Positions 20,945 through 30,901 of a stretch of DNA of 64,000 nucleotides are shown one piece after another (positions within the stretch are counted from its first letter, which is position 1; each line of letters starts with the position of its first letter). The notes below the pieces were generated by a model. That model was not told where the DNA came from, made no database searches, and saw nothing but the letters and a program-made list of their open reading frames with translations. This DNA comes from a bacterium (GTDB taxonomy: Bacteria; UBA8248; JACPRG01; G963555815), in assembly GCA_965218795.1 (NCBI GenBank), contig OZ244653.1:544001-608000 (forward strand). The letters are read 5' to 3'. The translations under genes and the position numbers were made by a program.

Positions 20945-21020
20945 TGGTGGAGGATACCGGGATCGAACCGGTGACCTCGTGATTGCGAACCACGCGCTCT
21001 CCCAGCTGAGCTAATCCCCC
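20945..21020 (-). tRNA. tRNA-Ala(CGC)
   Basis: 76-nt cloverleaf, G3:U70 identity pair, anticodon CGC, encoded CCA. Confidence 0.97.
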
Positions 21021-21059
21021 ACCGAACATCGAATATTTAGATACAACCCTCGGAAGCTG

Positions 21060-22037
21060 TCAAGCTTGAGCCTCCGGGGCCTCCTTGGTCCTGCCCCGCC
21101 AGTAATCCAATAGGTCTTTCAGCGATTGGTCGAGTGGGATTTCGGGTTTCCAGCCGGTCGCTTGCTTCAGCTTTGCATTGTCGCCATCCAGAAGGGGCGT
21201 ATCCACGGGACGCATCCGCTCCGGGACCTGGACCTTCTGCAAGGGGCAAGGGCTCAGGGCGATCAGCCGGTCCAGAACCGTCTCGACCGAAAGGACCGTA
21301 TCCCCGCAAACATTGTAGGCTTCCCCCGGCCGGCCCCGCTCCATGAGAAGAGCATAGGCCCGAACAATGTCTCGAACGTCATTGAAATTTCGTCGGGCCG
21401 AGAGATTCCCCACGTGGATCTCGCCTCCACCCTGACCCTCGCGCTCGGCGACCTGCCGCGCAAAGTTACCGATGGCGTGTTTGTCCGCTGGGCCCGGACC
21501 GATGTGGTTGAAGGCTCGCGCCCGCAGGATTTCCAAGCCGTACGTCTCTTGATAGAGTGCGGCCACCTGATCCGCAACCGCCTTGCTGATTCCGTAGGGG
21601 TCATTGGGTCTTAGGGGCATATCCTCAACAAGCTTGCCGTCCGCCGGCGGGAGACCGTACACGGTCGCGGAACTGACCAGGAGGATCCTGGTCTCAAGAC
21701 TCAGCGCCCGGCAGCCATCGAGAAGATTGACTGTCCCCAAGCTATTGACTCGAAACGTTTCCCCCGGCTCCTGCCAACTCAACCCCACCGCGGCCTGGGC
21801 CGCCAGATGGAAAATTCGGCTTGGCTTCGCTCCTGAAAGGGTTTTCTGTGTGTCGATCGGATCTTTCAAATCACAAGGAATCAGTGGGATGAGACCATCG
21901 GGAAAATCGGGAGGTATTTCTCCGTACCTCGTACCGGCCACATCCATCCCTTGCGAAAGGAGATGTTCGACGAGAACGCGCCCTGCGAAACCCGTCGCTC
22001 CCGTTACGAGAACTCGATGAGCCATCACTGATCCCAT
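21060..22037 (-). CDS. NAD-dependent epimerase/dehydratase (GDP-mannose dehydratase/Rmd-like)
   Basis: VTGATGFAG, FHLAAQA, YGISK, RAFNHIGPG. Confidence 0.9.
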   Translation of the reverse strand: MGSVMAHRVLVTGATGFAGRVLVEHLLSQGMDVAGTRYGEIPPDFPDGLIPLIPCDLKDPIDTQKTLSGAKPSRIFHLAAQAAVGLSWQEPGETFRVNSLGTVNLLDGCRALSLETRILLVSSATVYGLPPADGKLVEDMPLRPNDPYGISKAVADQVAALYQETYGLEILRARAFNHIGPGPADKHAIGNFARQVAEREGQGGGEIHVGNLSARRNFNDVRDIVRAYALLMERGRPGEAYNVCGDTVLSVETVLDRLIALSPCPLQKVQVPERMRPVDTPLLDGDNAKLKQATGWKPEIPLDQSLKDLLDYWRGRTKEAPEAQA

Positions 22038-22368
22038 TTTGGCGGAACCGAATGATTCCTGCTTTCGGCTTCCCGCTCCGAGGGTTGTCCAATGCCGTCA
22101 CCCTTTCAGAATGTAACATAAACGGGCGCGTTCCAAGATTTCCGTGCAGGGCAGGGGGCTGGCGGTCTCCTTCGACACGAGGATTTTCTTCACAAGTTCC
22201 ACCTGATGAGGACAGTCAGCGGGTCCTGCGCCCCGCGATTGAGTCTGCTAGACTGATAATTTATTCAGGTTTCAGTTGGCGATAAATTCGAGCTTTAAAG
22301 GAGGAAAGTCCGGCGGGATCCGAGCCGGAATTCCACAGATTCAGACGGGAGCGCGGAAGGGATTGGAA

Positions 22369-23769
22369 ATGGCCGATTTTGACGTGGCCGTCATTGGAGG
22401 TGGTCCTGCGGGCTATGTGGCCGGGATTCGCGGCGCGCAGATGGGCGGGAGGGTCTGCGTCATCGAACGGGAAAGGGCCGGGGGAGTCTGTTTGAATTGG
22501 GGCTGCATCCCCACGAAAAGCCTGATCGCTTCAGTGGAAGTCCTCCGGATGACACGGCGCGCTGCTGAATATGGAGTGACGATTGACGGAGATGTCCGGG
22601 CCGATTTCGCCGGGATGATGGCGCGGAAGGACAGGATCGTCGATGGGATGGTCAAGGGAATTGAAGGGCTGTTCAAGAGTCACGGGGTCACCCATCTGAA
22701 CGGTCATGCTTCATTCAAATCCGCCGGCCTCATAGAGATGAAGGGATCGGATGGCGAAATTTCCGAGGTCTCCGCCGACAATGTCCTGATCGCGACTGGC
22801 TCTCGTCCCGGCCAGATACCGAATTTCCCGACCGATGGAAAAAATATCCTTTCGTCCGATGACGCTGTGGTCATGAAGGAGATACCGAACAGTCTGATCA
22901 TCGTCGGCGCCGGAATCATCGGATGCGAATTTGCCTTCATCTTCAGCGCGCTTGGATGCGAGGTCACGATTCTCGATATGTTGCCGCGCGCAGTCGCCAC
23001 GGAAGACGAGGATATCTCGAAGCTCCTGGAGCGTGAGTTGAAGAAAGAGAAGATACGCCTTGTCGTCAATCAGGAAATCGAGCGCGTAGAGAAAAAATCC
23101 GGATTTGTGGAGGCGGCCCTGGCTGGCGGAGAACGGATGAAAGCGGAAAAGGCGCTCATCTCGATCGGACGCGCCATGAACACTGACGGAATGGGCTTGG
23201 AGACGATCGGCGTCGCCCTGACGGACCGGGGGACGATTCAGGTCAATCCACGGATGGAGACGAGCGTTGCCGGAGTTTTCGCCGCCGGAGACGTGGCGGG
23301 AGGAAAACTCCTGGCCCACAAGGCGAGTGCGGAGGGAATCGCCGCAATGACGAACGCCCTGGGCGGGGACAGGTCCGTGCGGTATGAAACCGTCCCGGCG
23401 GGAATTTTCACACATCCCGAGATCGGCAGTATCGGATTGACGGAGGCCCAGGCCCGTGAATCCGGGAGGCCCATTCGGACCGGCCGTTTTCCCTGCAGGG
23501 CGCTTGGTAGGGCTCAAGTGGCGGGCGAAATCACAGGCGAGGTCAAGATTGTCTCGGATGAGGCGACCGGCGAGATCCTGGGCGTTCATATCATCGGCGC
23601 GCAGGCCGCCGATCTGATCCATGAAGCCGCCTTGGCCATGACATGGGAACTGGGCGTCGAGGAACTGGCGGAAACAATTCACGCGCACCCGACGCTTTCC
23701 GAGGGGGTCATGGAGGCCGCCCACGCCGTCCAGGGGATGAGCGTCCATCAGCCCAGGCCACCGAAGTGA
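22369..23769 (+). CDS. lpdA: Dihydrolipoyl dehydrogenase
   Basis: GGGPAGY, GGVCLNWGCIPTK, HAHPTLSE. Confidence 0.97.
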   Translation: MADFDVAVIGGGPAGYVAGIRGAQMGGRVCVIERERAGGVCLNWGCIPTKSLIASVEVLRMTRRAAEYGVTIDGDVRADFAGMMARKDRIVDGMVKGIEGLFKSHGVTHLNGHASFKSAGLIEMKGSDGEISEVSADNVLIATGSRPGQIPNFPTDGKNILSSDDAVVMKEIPNSLIIVGAGIIGCEFAFIFSALGCEVTILDMLPRAVATEDEDISKLLERELKKEKIRLVVNQEIERVEKKSGFVEAALAGGERMKAEKALISIGRAMNTDGMGLETIGVALTDRGTIQVNPRMETSVAGVFAAGDVAGGKLLAHKASAEGIAAMTNALGGDRSVRYETVPAGIFTHPEIGSIGLTEAQARESGRPIRTGRFPCRALGRAQVAGEITGEVKIVSDEATGEILGVHIIGAQAADLIHEAALAMTWELGVEELAETIHAHPTLSEGVMEAAHAVQGMSVHQPRPPK

Positions 23770-23785
23770 GCGGCCCCGAAATTTC

Positions 23786-24703
23786 ATGGATCGGTGGACA
23801 AAGGGAATCGAGGATTCATCACCTGAAGGCGAAAAATTATTGACCGTCCCTGAAATTCAAAAGGTAGGTGTTGTCGGGACCGGGACCATGGGGCACGGAA
23901 TTGCCTGGGTGTCGGCTCTTTTCGGGTATGAGACCTGCATCTTCGACCAATTACCCGAGGCTCTTCAGCGCGGCCGAGAGAATATCCTGAAAGGCTTGGA
24001 GAGGGGAATCGAGAAGGGCCGTTTGAAGGCCGAAGATCGCGACGCCGCCATCGCGCGGTTGAATGACGTATAGGAAATGGATGAGATGGTGGATTGCGAC
24101 CTGGTCGTGGAGGCGGCCCCTGAGAATCTTGAGCTCAAACAAGACATTTTTCGACGCCTGGACGGCTTGACCCGTCCTGAGGCAGTCCTGGGGACCAATA
24201 CCTCCTCCATTTCAGTTACGAAAATTGCTTCCTCGGTCCAAAATCCCGGCCGGGTGATTGGAGTTCACTTTTGGCTCCCCGTCCCGGTGATGCCGTTGCT
24301 GGAGATGATCCGGGGCCTGGAAACCAGCGATAGAACGGCGGATCTGGCCAGGCGATGGGGAGAGAGCCTCGGAAAGACCGTGGTGGAATCCCAAGATCCC
24401 CCCGGTTTCATCGGCAACCGGTTTCTGATGCCGATGATCAACGAGGCCATCTTTGTCCTGTACGAGGGTGTCGGGACAGCGGAGGGAATTGATAAGGTCG
24501 CGAAGCTGGGAATGTCGCAACCGATAGGTCCCCTGGCCCTGGCGGACTTGGTGGGACTGGATACGCTGCTTTCCATCCTGGAGGTTTTGCATCGGGAGAT
24601 GGGGGATCCTAAATATCGACCGTGTCCGCTCTTGCGCCAGATGGTCGACGCAGGCCGTTTGGGCAGGAAGTCGGGGAGAGGGTTTTTCGAGTATTCGAAA
24701 TAG
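23786..24703 (+). pseudogene. 3-hydroxyacyl(butyryl)-CoA dehydrogenase interrupted by one in-frame TAG
   Basis: GTGTMGHGIA..RLNDV*(24071-24073)EMDE..VEAAPE..NTSSIS..GRLGRKSGRGF, all in one frame. Confidence 0.85.
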
Positions 24704-24770
24704 CTCGAATTGTGTACACGGCATCAACCGTATCCGGGGTTGAGCCGCAACCGGGATCGAAAGAATCGTC

Positions 24771-26285
24771 ATGGACGATCAGTATACAGGCGATCTCAAT
24801 GTCAAACGACTGACCGCTGCCATTGAATCGCTCCGGGAGCGAATTGATTCTTTGCCCTCCGGCCACGCTTCCCCCGGTCTGACGACCGATGATTACCGCG
24901 AATTGATGGAGACCCGGGTGCGGAAAGGGGTTATCTCGTCGGTTTTCCGCTCATCGTTGCTCTTCATGGTATTGATGGCCGCCTTCATTGCGGCCGGAAC
25001 CTGGCTGTGGCTCGGTCGGGAATTCCGCTCTTTGGCGGATGAAATCCGAGATCAGGAAGTCCCCAGGGCGCTGCGGCAACAAATCGGCGAGCGCCTCAAT
25101 ACGGTCGTCGAAGAAAAAGCCAAGGAGGTGTCCGAAGGTTTTCGAGAAGAAATGATGAAAGCCCGGCGGAACCAGGCCGACCAGTACCTTTCGTCCAATT
25201 CGAAGATTCTCCAAATCCAGGGGCTGAAAATTCTACGTGAATCAGGCGCCGCCGCCGCCGTGGATCGGGTCCTGAGATTCATGCGGGAGAAGGGCTCCCT
25301 CAGTCCGCTCTCTCCTGAACTCCGGGAGGCCAATTTCGATTATGGCGTGCAGGCGTTGCTGTCGCTGGGGTCCGAGGAGGCTCAAGGCGCGTTGCGACAA
25401 ATCATTGCGGACCCCGGCTACGCCTCCGACATACGGGCGGATGCCACGAGAGCGGCTACGATTCTGGAGGATCGCAAGGCCTTGCCGGCACTGCGCGCCG
25501 CGTTGGGAGATACGGATCGAGACGTGCGTCGGGCGTCGGTCGAAGCCGTAGAAAGGATGGAAGCGCGGGAATCGTGGCCTTATCTGGTCCGGATTCTTTC
25601 AGAAGGACGATACCCCAAGGATTTCCCCAGAGTCATCGCCGCATTGAAGAAACTCGGAGTCACCCAGGCGTCGGAGGCGGTGGTGGCCATTGTGGAGCGG
25701 ACCGCCAAGGACCCCGCGGACCTGTCCAAGCATCTCAAGACGCATCTGGAGGGGATTACCTATTTCCGCGTGATGAAAACGGAGACCGCGCTTCCCATCC
25801 TGTTTGATTTCCTGATGCACCCGAACCCGGATGTGCGGTTACAGGCCGTTGCGGCGGTCCGTGAGTTGGCGGCGATCAATCTGGGAACGCTGGAGGAGTG
25901 GAAGACTCAGGATGCAGAATGGCGAGCGGCGAAAGTGACCGAATGGCGGGAGCGCGCGATAGCCGCGGGAAAACTGAAGCCCCGGCCCGAAAGCGAGGAC
26001 GTCGCCGCTCCGAAGGGACCACTGCTCCCTTCCGGCGCATCGTCCTCCGTTTCGGAGGAATCGAAATCCAAAGCACCCGCCGCGGCATTGTCCCAAGTTC
26101 CAGGATCCGACGGGACTCATTTTCCAACCGAACGTCCTATTGAGAAGTGGGAAGGATTGACAGAAGGAGCCGAGTCCGACAGTCCTTCTTCCGGCATGCC
26201 GGATCAACCTGTCGTCACTCCCCCCGGCTCGTTCCCGCCGGAGACAGGGGGGGCAAGTCCGCCGGAAAGCCGGTCCAATCCCTGA
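24771..26285 (+). CDS. Membrane-anchored HEAT-repeat protein
   Basis: One TM helix, coiled coil, ALPAL..D.D.DVR repeats, Pro/Ser-rich tail. Confidence 0.75.
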   Translation: MDDQYTGDLNVKRLTAAIESLRERIDSLPSGHASPGLTTDDYRELMETRVRKGVISSVFRSSLLFMVLMAAFIAAGTWLWLGREFRSLADEIRDQEVPRALRQQIGERLNTVVEEKAKEVSEGFREEMMKARRNQADQYLSSNSKILQIQGLKILRESGAAAAVDRVLRFMREKGSLSPLSPELREANFDYGVQALLSLGSEEAQGALRQIIADPGYASDIRADATRAATILEDRKALPALRAALGDTDRDVRRASVEAVERMEARESWPYLVRILSEGRYPKDFPRVIAALKKLGVTQASEAVVAIVERTAKDPADLSKHLKTHLEGITYFRVMKTETALPILFDFLMHPNPDVRLQAVAAVRELAAINLGTLEEWKTQDAEWRAAKVTEWRERAIAAGKLKPRPESEDVAAPKGPLLPSGASSSVSEESKSKAPAAALSQVPGSDGTHFPTERPIEKWEGLTEGAESDSPSSGMPDQPVVTPPGSFPPETGGASPPESRSNP

Positions 26286-26346
26286 TTTTGGTCATGACGG
26301 ATTTTTCCGGGATTCGCGTCGGCCTCATTGCCGAAGGCTACCCGGC

Positions 26347-27216
26347 CTAATGTCCCAGGCCGGTGATGGTGGCCGCCCCCGCAACAATCAGAGCAGACCC
26401 GAGAAAGAGCCGGGCCGTGATCTGCTCTTTCTCTTTCAGGAAGATCCAAGCGAGCAACACCACAAGCAGAGGGGCGGTGTGCACCAGGGGCACGACAACG
26501 CTGACGGTGCCCAAGCGAAGACCCTCCAGCAGCATGTAGAGGGCCAGGGCAATCCCCAGCATATGAACAAAGTATAAGAACAGCCCCTTGGGATGAAAGT
26601 TCAGCCGGGAGCCTGCCGGCATGAGCGGAAGCAGCAGGATGAGTGTCAGCACCGCCCCCACATTCCCGATCGCCATCCCCGTTGTCGATGATGGAATGTA
26701 GTCGAGTCCAATCTTACGGAAGGTGTGCGAGAGAGCGAAGAAAAGGGCCGCCAGAACGGCAAACACATAGCCCGATCTGCTTTGCATGCCTCCTTTTCTT
26801 TCATAGGCGAGCGCGCCTACGCCGGAGACGATGCCCAGGGTTCCTATCCAAACCCACGCATTCGGCCGTTCTCCCAGAAAGAGGATGGCTGCAACGGCAC
26901 TGAAAAGAGGAGAGGTTCCCAAAACCGTTGCCGCTCGGGCGACGCCGATACGGGCGAAGGCCGCGAAATAGCAGATCACGCCGAGGCCCGGGTCAAAGGC
27001 CCCTGAAGCGAAAAACCACCAGCCCCCGGCATTGAAGATGTCGGGGCGGGGAGAAATCGAAAGGGCCAGGAGTCCAAAAATGATCAAGTGGACAACGGCC
27101 TGCATCATCGCCCCTGTGTATGGGGATGCATACCGCACAGCGACGCGGGCCGCGAATTCCGAGCAGGCGAAGGCCGAGGCCGAGTACAGGGCGAGCGAGA
27201 CGGGCGTGTAAAACAT
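26347..27216 (-). CDS. DMT/EamA family transporter
   Basis: About 10 TM helices in two EamA repeats (FLGER, FLKEKE). Confidence 0.9.
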   Translation of the reverse strand: MFYTPVSLALYSASAFACSEFAARVAVRYASPYTGAMMQAVVHLIIFGLLALSISPRPDIFNAGGWWFFASGAFDPGLGVICYFAAFARIGVARAATVLGTSPLFSAVAAILFLGERPNAWVWIGTLGIVSGVGALAYERKGGMQSRSGYVFAVLAALFFALSHTFRKIGLDYIPSSTTGMAIGNVGAVLTLILLLPLMPAGSRLNFHPKGLFLYFVHMLGIALALYMLLEGLRLGTVSVVVPLVHTAPLLVVLLAWIFLKEKEQITARLFLGSALIVAGAATITGLGH

Positions 27217-27334
27217 GGGGTGATTGGCGTTCCGGTCTCCCCAAGAGGAGATCCAAATGCGGTGTTGGCGGAGAATACGGGACCCAGTCCTGACCTTCAA
27301 GAGCCCAATCAAGCTTATCAGATTGGCGGCAGGA

Positions 27335-27829
27335 TCGCCACTCGTCCGGGTAGAATCCTTCTCCGAAGGGCGCCCCCATGTCTTCGTTCTCCCCCACGTC
27401 GGCCAGTTCCTTCCGTACCGGATCCGAGGAGATACGCGCGAACCCCACGGTTTCCTTCAATCGGCTGGCGACGAGCGACTTCCCCGCCCCGGGAAGTCCG
27501 CCTACCAGGACGAGACAGGGTCGTTTGGTCGATGAGGCGAGTATCCGCAGCGGCCAGGAGAAAGTGAGCGCGGACGCTCTCGAGGGCACTCTCCTGATCG
27601 GCCGGAGGGACCTCGGATTCCGCGCGACTTCATTCCCTCCACCTTTCCCCGTACGACCGCCCGGTAGGCCTTGTAGAACGGGAGGAGAGTTCTTCCTCCC
27701 TTGTCCGGGTGCGCTTCGAGATAGGCATCGGTGAAGACCTGGGAGAGATCGCCCCGGCCTTGAAAGTCCAGGTCCATCGCCAGAAAGGCCATGTCGGAGA
27801 TGGGGTCGGCGTAGCGATAGCGCTCGTTG
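27335..27829 (-). pseudogene. 3' part of a bifunctional APH-like kinase/AAA protein
   Basis: ERYRYADPISDMAFLAMDL..FYKAYRAVVRGKV; frameshift; GGLPGAGKS P-loop; truncated. Confidence 0.8.
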
Positions 27830-27870
27830 TCCGGGATCGATAATAACTGTAGGGGCAATCGTTACAGGAA

Positions 27871-27900
27871 ATACCGGATAATACCGGGAAATACCGGGAC
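27871..27900 (+). repeat. Three tandem 10-bp repeats
   Basis: ATACCGGATA / ATACCGGGAA / ATACCGGGAC. Confidence 0.75.
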
Positions 27901-28172
27901 GGGGGTCGGTTTTTGCCGTTGCGGGTGCTCCGCAAAGATGCGTTTCAAATCCTGATCTTTCGTCAAAAGGCGGACCGTCACTTTTTGGCCTCGGATCGCC
28001 TCAATACAGCGTAACAAGCGGCTTTTTCGGGGCTTTTAAAGACGGGAGGGGTTGACAACAGCCTGTAAGGCCCGAATGGGAGGACAGCGCACCCAGGAGA
28101 AAGCCGGACGACTGCTCGGGACCCCACTAAAACAACAAAAGAAATAATTGTAGATTTCAAGCGTGCAACGGT

Positions 28173-28224
28173 CGCAAAAGGCCCCTGACGCGCCGTTTCA
28201 TGGGCGATTCAGGGGCCTTTTGCG
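28173..28224. repeat. 16-bp perfect inverted repeat (hairpin, possibly a bidirectional terminator)
   Basis: CGCAAAAGGCCCCTGA-N20-TCAGGGGCCTTTTGCG. Confidence 0.7.
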
Positions 28225-28240
28225 GGGGGATTTTCCACAT

Positions 28241-28675
28241 GTCATTCCCGCGGAAGCCTGCCTCCGGTCCTTCAATCACTCCCCCCCTTGAGGGGGAGTC
28301 GGCAAGGCGAGGACGAAGTCCGCAGCCGAGCCGGTGGGGGGAAGACGGCTGTTCGTCTTGACGCGGCGGAGGGAGTAGCCTTGTTGCCGGACAAGGACGG
28401 GAACCCATGCGGCATGGCTTCCAACGGGAGCCTTCGGGGACTCGCCCCCAGCCCGTCATTCCCGCGAAGCCTGCCCTCGAATGCTTCAATCGGGAGGCGG
28501 GAATCCATAGACCCCCGTGGCCGGCGCCACGCTCGCATTCATGATCTGCGCCACGACCCGTGCGATCCTTGCCCTGCACGGGCGCTCTGGATTCCTGCTG
28601 TAGCCTGCCCTCGAATGTCTTAATCGGGGGCAGGAATGACCGAGAGCCTGCCCCTGCATGGATTCAGCAGGGGGC
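28241..28675. repeat. Cluster of nested REP-like palindromic elements
   Basis: GTCATTCCCGC..GCGGGAATCCA (28455-28507) and an inverted copy (28588-28640), each carrying AGCCTGCCCTCGAATG..AATCGGG; CTCCCCCCCTTGAGGGGGAG element near 28279. Confidence 0.75.
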
Positions 28676-28874
28676 ACCGCAATCCGAAAGTCATTCATTA
28701 AGGATGGTGTCCCCAGAATCCCGGGATGAGCGTCGCCCTGGTCGGAAAGCTGATCGGCCGCCGGCATCGAGCACGGTCCATGCACGCCCCTTGCAATGGC
28801 TTTTCACGGGCGGCTTCCAGGCCATTTACAAATAATTCTGATCCCATTCTCAATGATTTTCGCTCCGCTGCAAC

Positions 28875-29319
28875 CGTTGAACTCGATGCAGTCCAGGACC
28901 ACGAGGTCGCCGGGGGTGTCCTCTCCGGGGAAAGAATAAACGTAACCCAGGTGCAGGTTCCCGTGGGTGTCGCGCGGGACCTTCCGGCCCGCCCGATCCT
29001 CAATCAGGCCGCGGTGCTCTTCCAATACGGCTTCGGTCATACACTGGAGCCTCTCGAAGACCCGGCGGCTGACGGAGAAATTGATGAATGGTTCGACCTG
29101 TTCGAAGTTCTCGCGGCAGTTGCCCGCTACGGCTTGCCACTGAGCCCAGCGCGAGACATGCTCACCCGACTCGGCCCGGTCATGAAACGCCGCGGTCCGT
29201 CTTCCGTGGTCTCTGACCGTGTCGCCCCCCAGACCCTCTCGCTGGAGCAGGCGAAACATGGGGAGCTCTATTGGCATGCTCTTGACAATCTTAAAGGTAA
29301 AAGGTTCAGATTGCCTCAC
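28875..29319 (-). pseudogene. 5' part of a bifunctional APH-like kinase/AAA protein (N-terminus lost)
   Basis: AAFHDRA..ENFEQ..RDTHGNLHLG..VLDCIEFN. Confidence 0.8.
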
Positions 29320-29549
29320 ACAGCACCGGTTTGGAATGGGTCCTCGGAGTTTGAAATGGGGAAATCCCGTTCAATTCCTATCAGGGTTGTCCGAAGGCCG
29401 AAGCAGAATGCCCCTCTCCTGGCCCCGTGCAGGAGAGGGGGCGAAGCGTCGCCTATGGGAAGGAGAGAAGGGATGACGCGCGGAGGCGGCCGTCACGCGG
29501 CGTTGAATTTGCGAGTCGGGTAGGAAACCAAATTGGAGGAGAACAAATC

Positions 29550-30563
29550 ATGGACCGGAACAAGAGCAGTGTTTTCACACGGGTCGCAGTGCTGTCGGTG
29601 TTCCTGCTTCTTCTTGCCTGGCCTTCGCCTGGTTGGGGTCAAATGAAGGACAAGGTGCTCCTGCGGGATTCCTGGGTGTTCACCACCAAGACCGCCGCCC
29701 TTTTCCTCGGGAGGGAGAAAGGGTTCTTCGCGGCTGAAGGGATTGATCTCACGATGGAGCCGGGACGAGGCTCAGCCTTGAACTTCAAGCTTCTGGGGGC
29801 CAAGAAGCTCCTGTTTGCCATAGGGAACGCCGCCACCGGAACGAGATTCATCACCGAGGGTCAACCCGTCACAGTCGTTTGGGGCTGGTATCAGACGAGC
29901 CCGCAATGCATCGTCGTCCAACGGAAATTGGGGGTGAAGACTCCGAAGGACCTGGAGGGGAAGAGGCTGGGCGATGCGCCCGGAAGCGCGGGCAGGGCCG
30001 TCTTCTCCGCCGTGGCCAAGGCCAATGGAGTGAGCCTGTCCAAGGTCAACTGGGTGAACCTGACCCCGGCCGCCAAGCTGACGGCGCTCCTGGACGGAAG
30101 CGTGGATGCCATCACCACCTATTTCCCGGACGTCCCCATCATCCGTTCGAAGGGCGGGAGTGTCGACTCTTTGTTGTTCGCGGACTTTGGGGTCAATACG
30201 CTCGGAACCTCTATCAGCGTGCACAATTCCGTTCTTACCGAAAAGGCCGATCTACTTCGCCGGCTGCTGCGCGGTGTAAGCCGGACCGTCCAGTACGCGC
30301 TGACCCACCGCGACGACGTCGTCGCGGCCCTGAAGAGGGCCGCCCCGCTCGTCATGAAAAACACGGAGGTCGGCCGGAAGTCGCTGGATGCATACCTCAC
30401 CTTGCTTCACACAAAGAACACCATGGGCAAGCCCCTCGGATGGATGGCGAAGAAGGACTGGCAAGAGACCGTGGATATCCTCTCGAAGTATGGGGGCATG
30501 CAGAATCCGCTCCCCGCGGAGAAATACTATACGAACGCCTTTGTCTCATCCGCCACCTTCTGA
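29550..30563 (+). CDS. ABC substrate-binding protein, NMT1/THI5-SsuA family
   Basis: Signal peptide, EKGFFAAEGIDL..GRGS, KTPKDLEGK, YYTNAF; GGAGG RBS. Confidence 0.9.
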   Translation: MDRNKSSVFTRVAVLSVFLLLLAWPSPGWGQMKDKVLLRDSWVFTTKTAALFLGREKGFFAAEGIDLTMEPGRGSALNFKLLGAKKLLFAIGNAATGTRFITEGQPVTVVWGWYQTSPQCIVVQRKLGVKTPKDLEGKRLGDAPGSAGRAVFSAVAKANGVSLSKVNWVNLTPAAKLTALLDGSVDAITTYFPDVPIIRSKGGSVDSLLFADFGVNTLGTSISVHNSVLTEKADLLRRLLRGVSRTVQYALTHRDDVVAALKRAAPLVMKNTEVGRKSLDAYLTLLHTKNTMGKPLGWMAKKDWQETVDILSKYGGMQNPLPAEKYYTNAFVSSATF

Positions 30564-30635
30564 TCCCGGGCTTGGGTCCGAGTCCAGACCGCGGAGGGCA
30601 ATCGAAGAAAAAGAGCGGCACCGGGCCGGAAGGGA

Positions 30636-30716
30636 GACGGCAATAACTTCGTTGGTTTTATAAACCGCGCGGGCGACGGGTTCGTTTCCGTCCAATGTGG
30701 CGAATTTCGGGGTCAT
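30636..30716 (-). pseudogene. N-terminal fragment of pyruvate:ferredoxin/flavodoxin oxidoreductase (NifJ-type)
   Basis: MTPKFATLDGNEPVARAVYKTNEVIAV; homology ends before the YPITP motif. Confidence 0.6.
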
Positions 30717-30901
30717 TGGCTGATCCCCCCCGTGCATCGGCATGATGGATGGGGGCGCGGCCGCGCGACGGGTCAAGCAATCTGCGCATCACCACGTCCC
30801 ATCGCTGCATCCATATGCGGTCCTGCGGCGGAATGCAGTATGATGTGGATCGTATTGAGGGGGGCTAAAGAGGGCAGTGGGGGGGGTGCGCTGAACGCCG
30901 G

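Larger units (their letters stand above)
27830..28874. mobile_element. 1045-bp non-coding insertion flanked by a 5-bp direct repeat (CGTTG)
   Basis: CGTTG at 27825-27829 and 28875-28879; removing the insert plus one copy restores DCIEFN-ERYRYAD in frame. Confidence 0.7.

Noticed and set aside
20010-21029. 339-aa ORF in the track
   Set aside because: Its start reads through tRNA-Ala and its end is antisense to fbaB; only the middle is the decayed caspase/FGE gene.
28840-28874. 35-nt stretch (rc GTTGCAGCGGAGCGAAAATCATTGAGAATGGGATC) resembling a CRISPR repeat
   Set aside because: Only one copy seen, with no spacers and no cas genes in the window.
28726-29523. 265-aa plus-strand ORF
   Set aside because: Antisense shadow of the kinase pseudogene.
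29330-29549. Possible TPP riboswitch upstream of the NMT1/THI5-type binding protein
   Set aside because: No CTGAGA / ACCTGA core motifs found.
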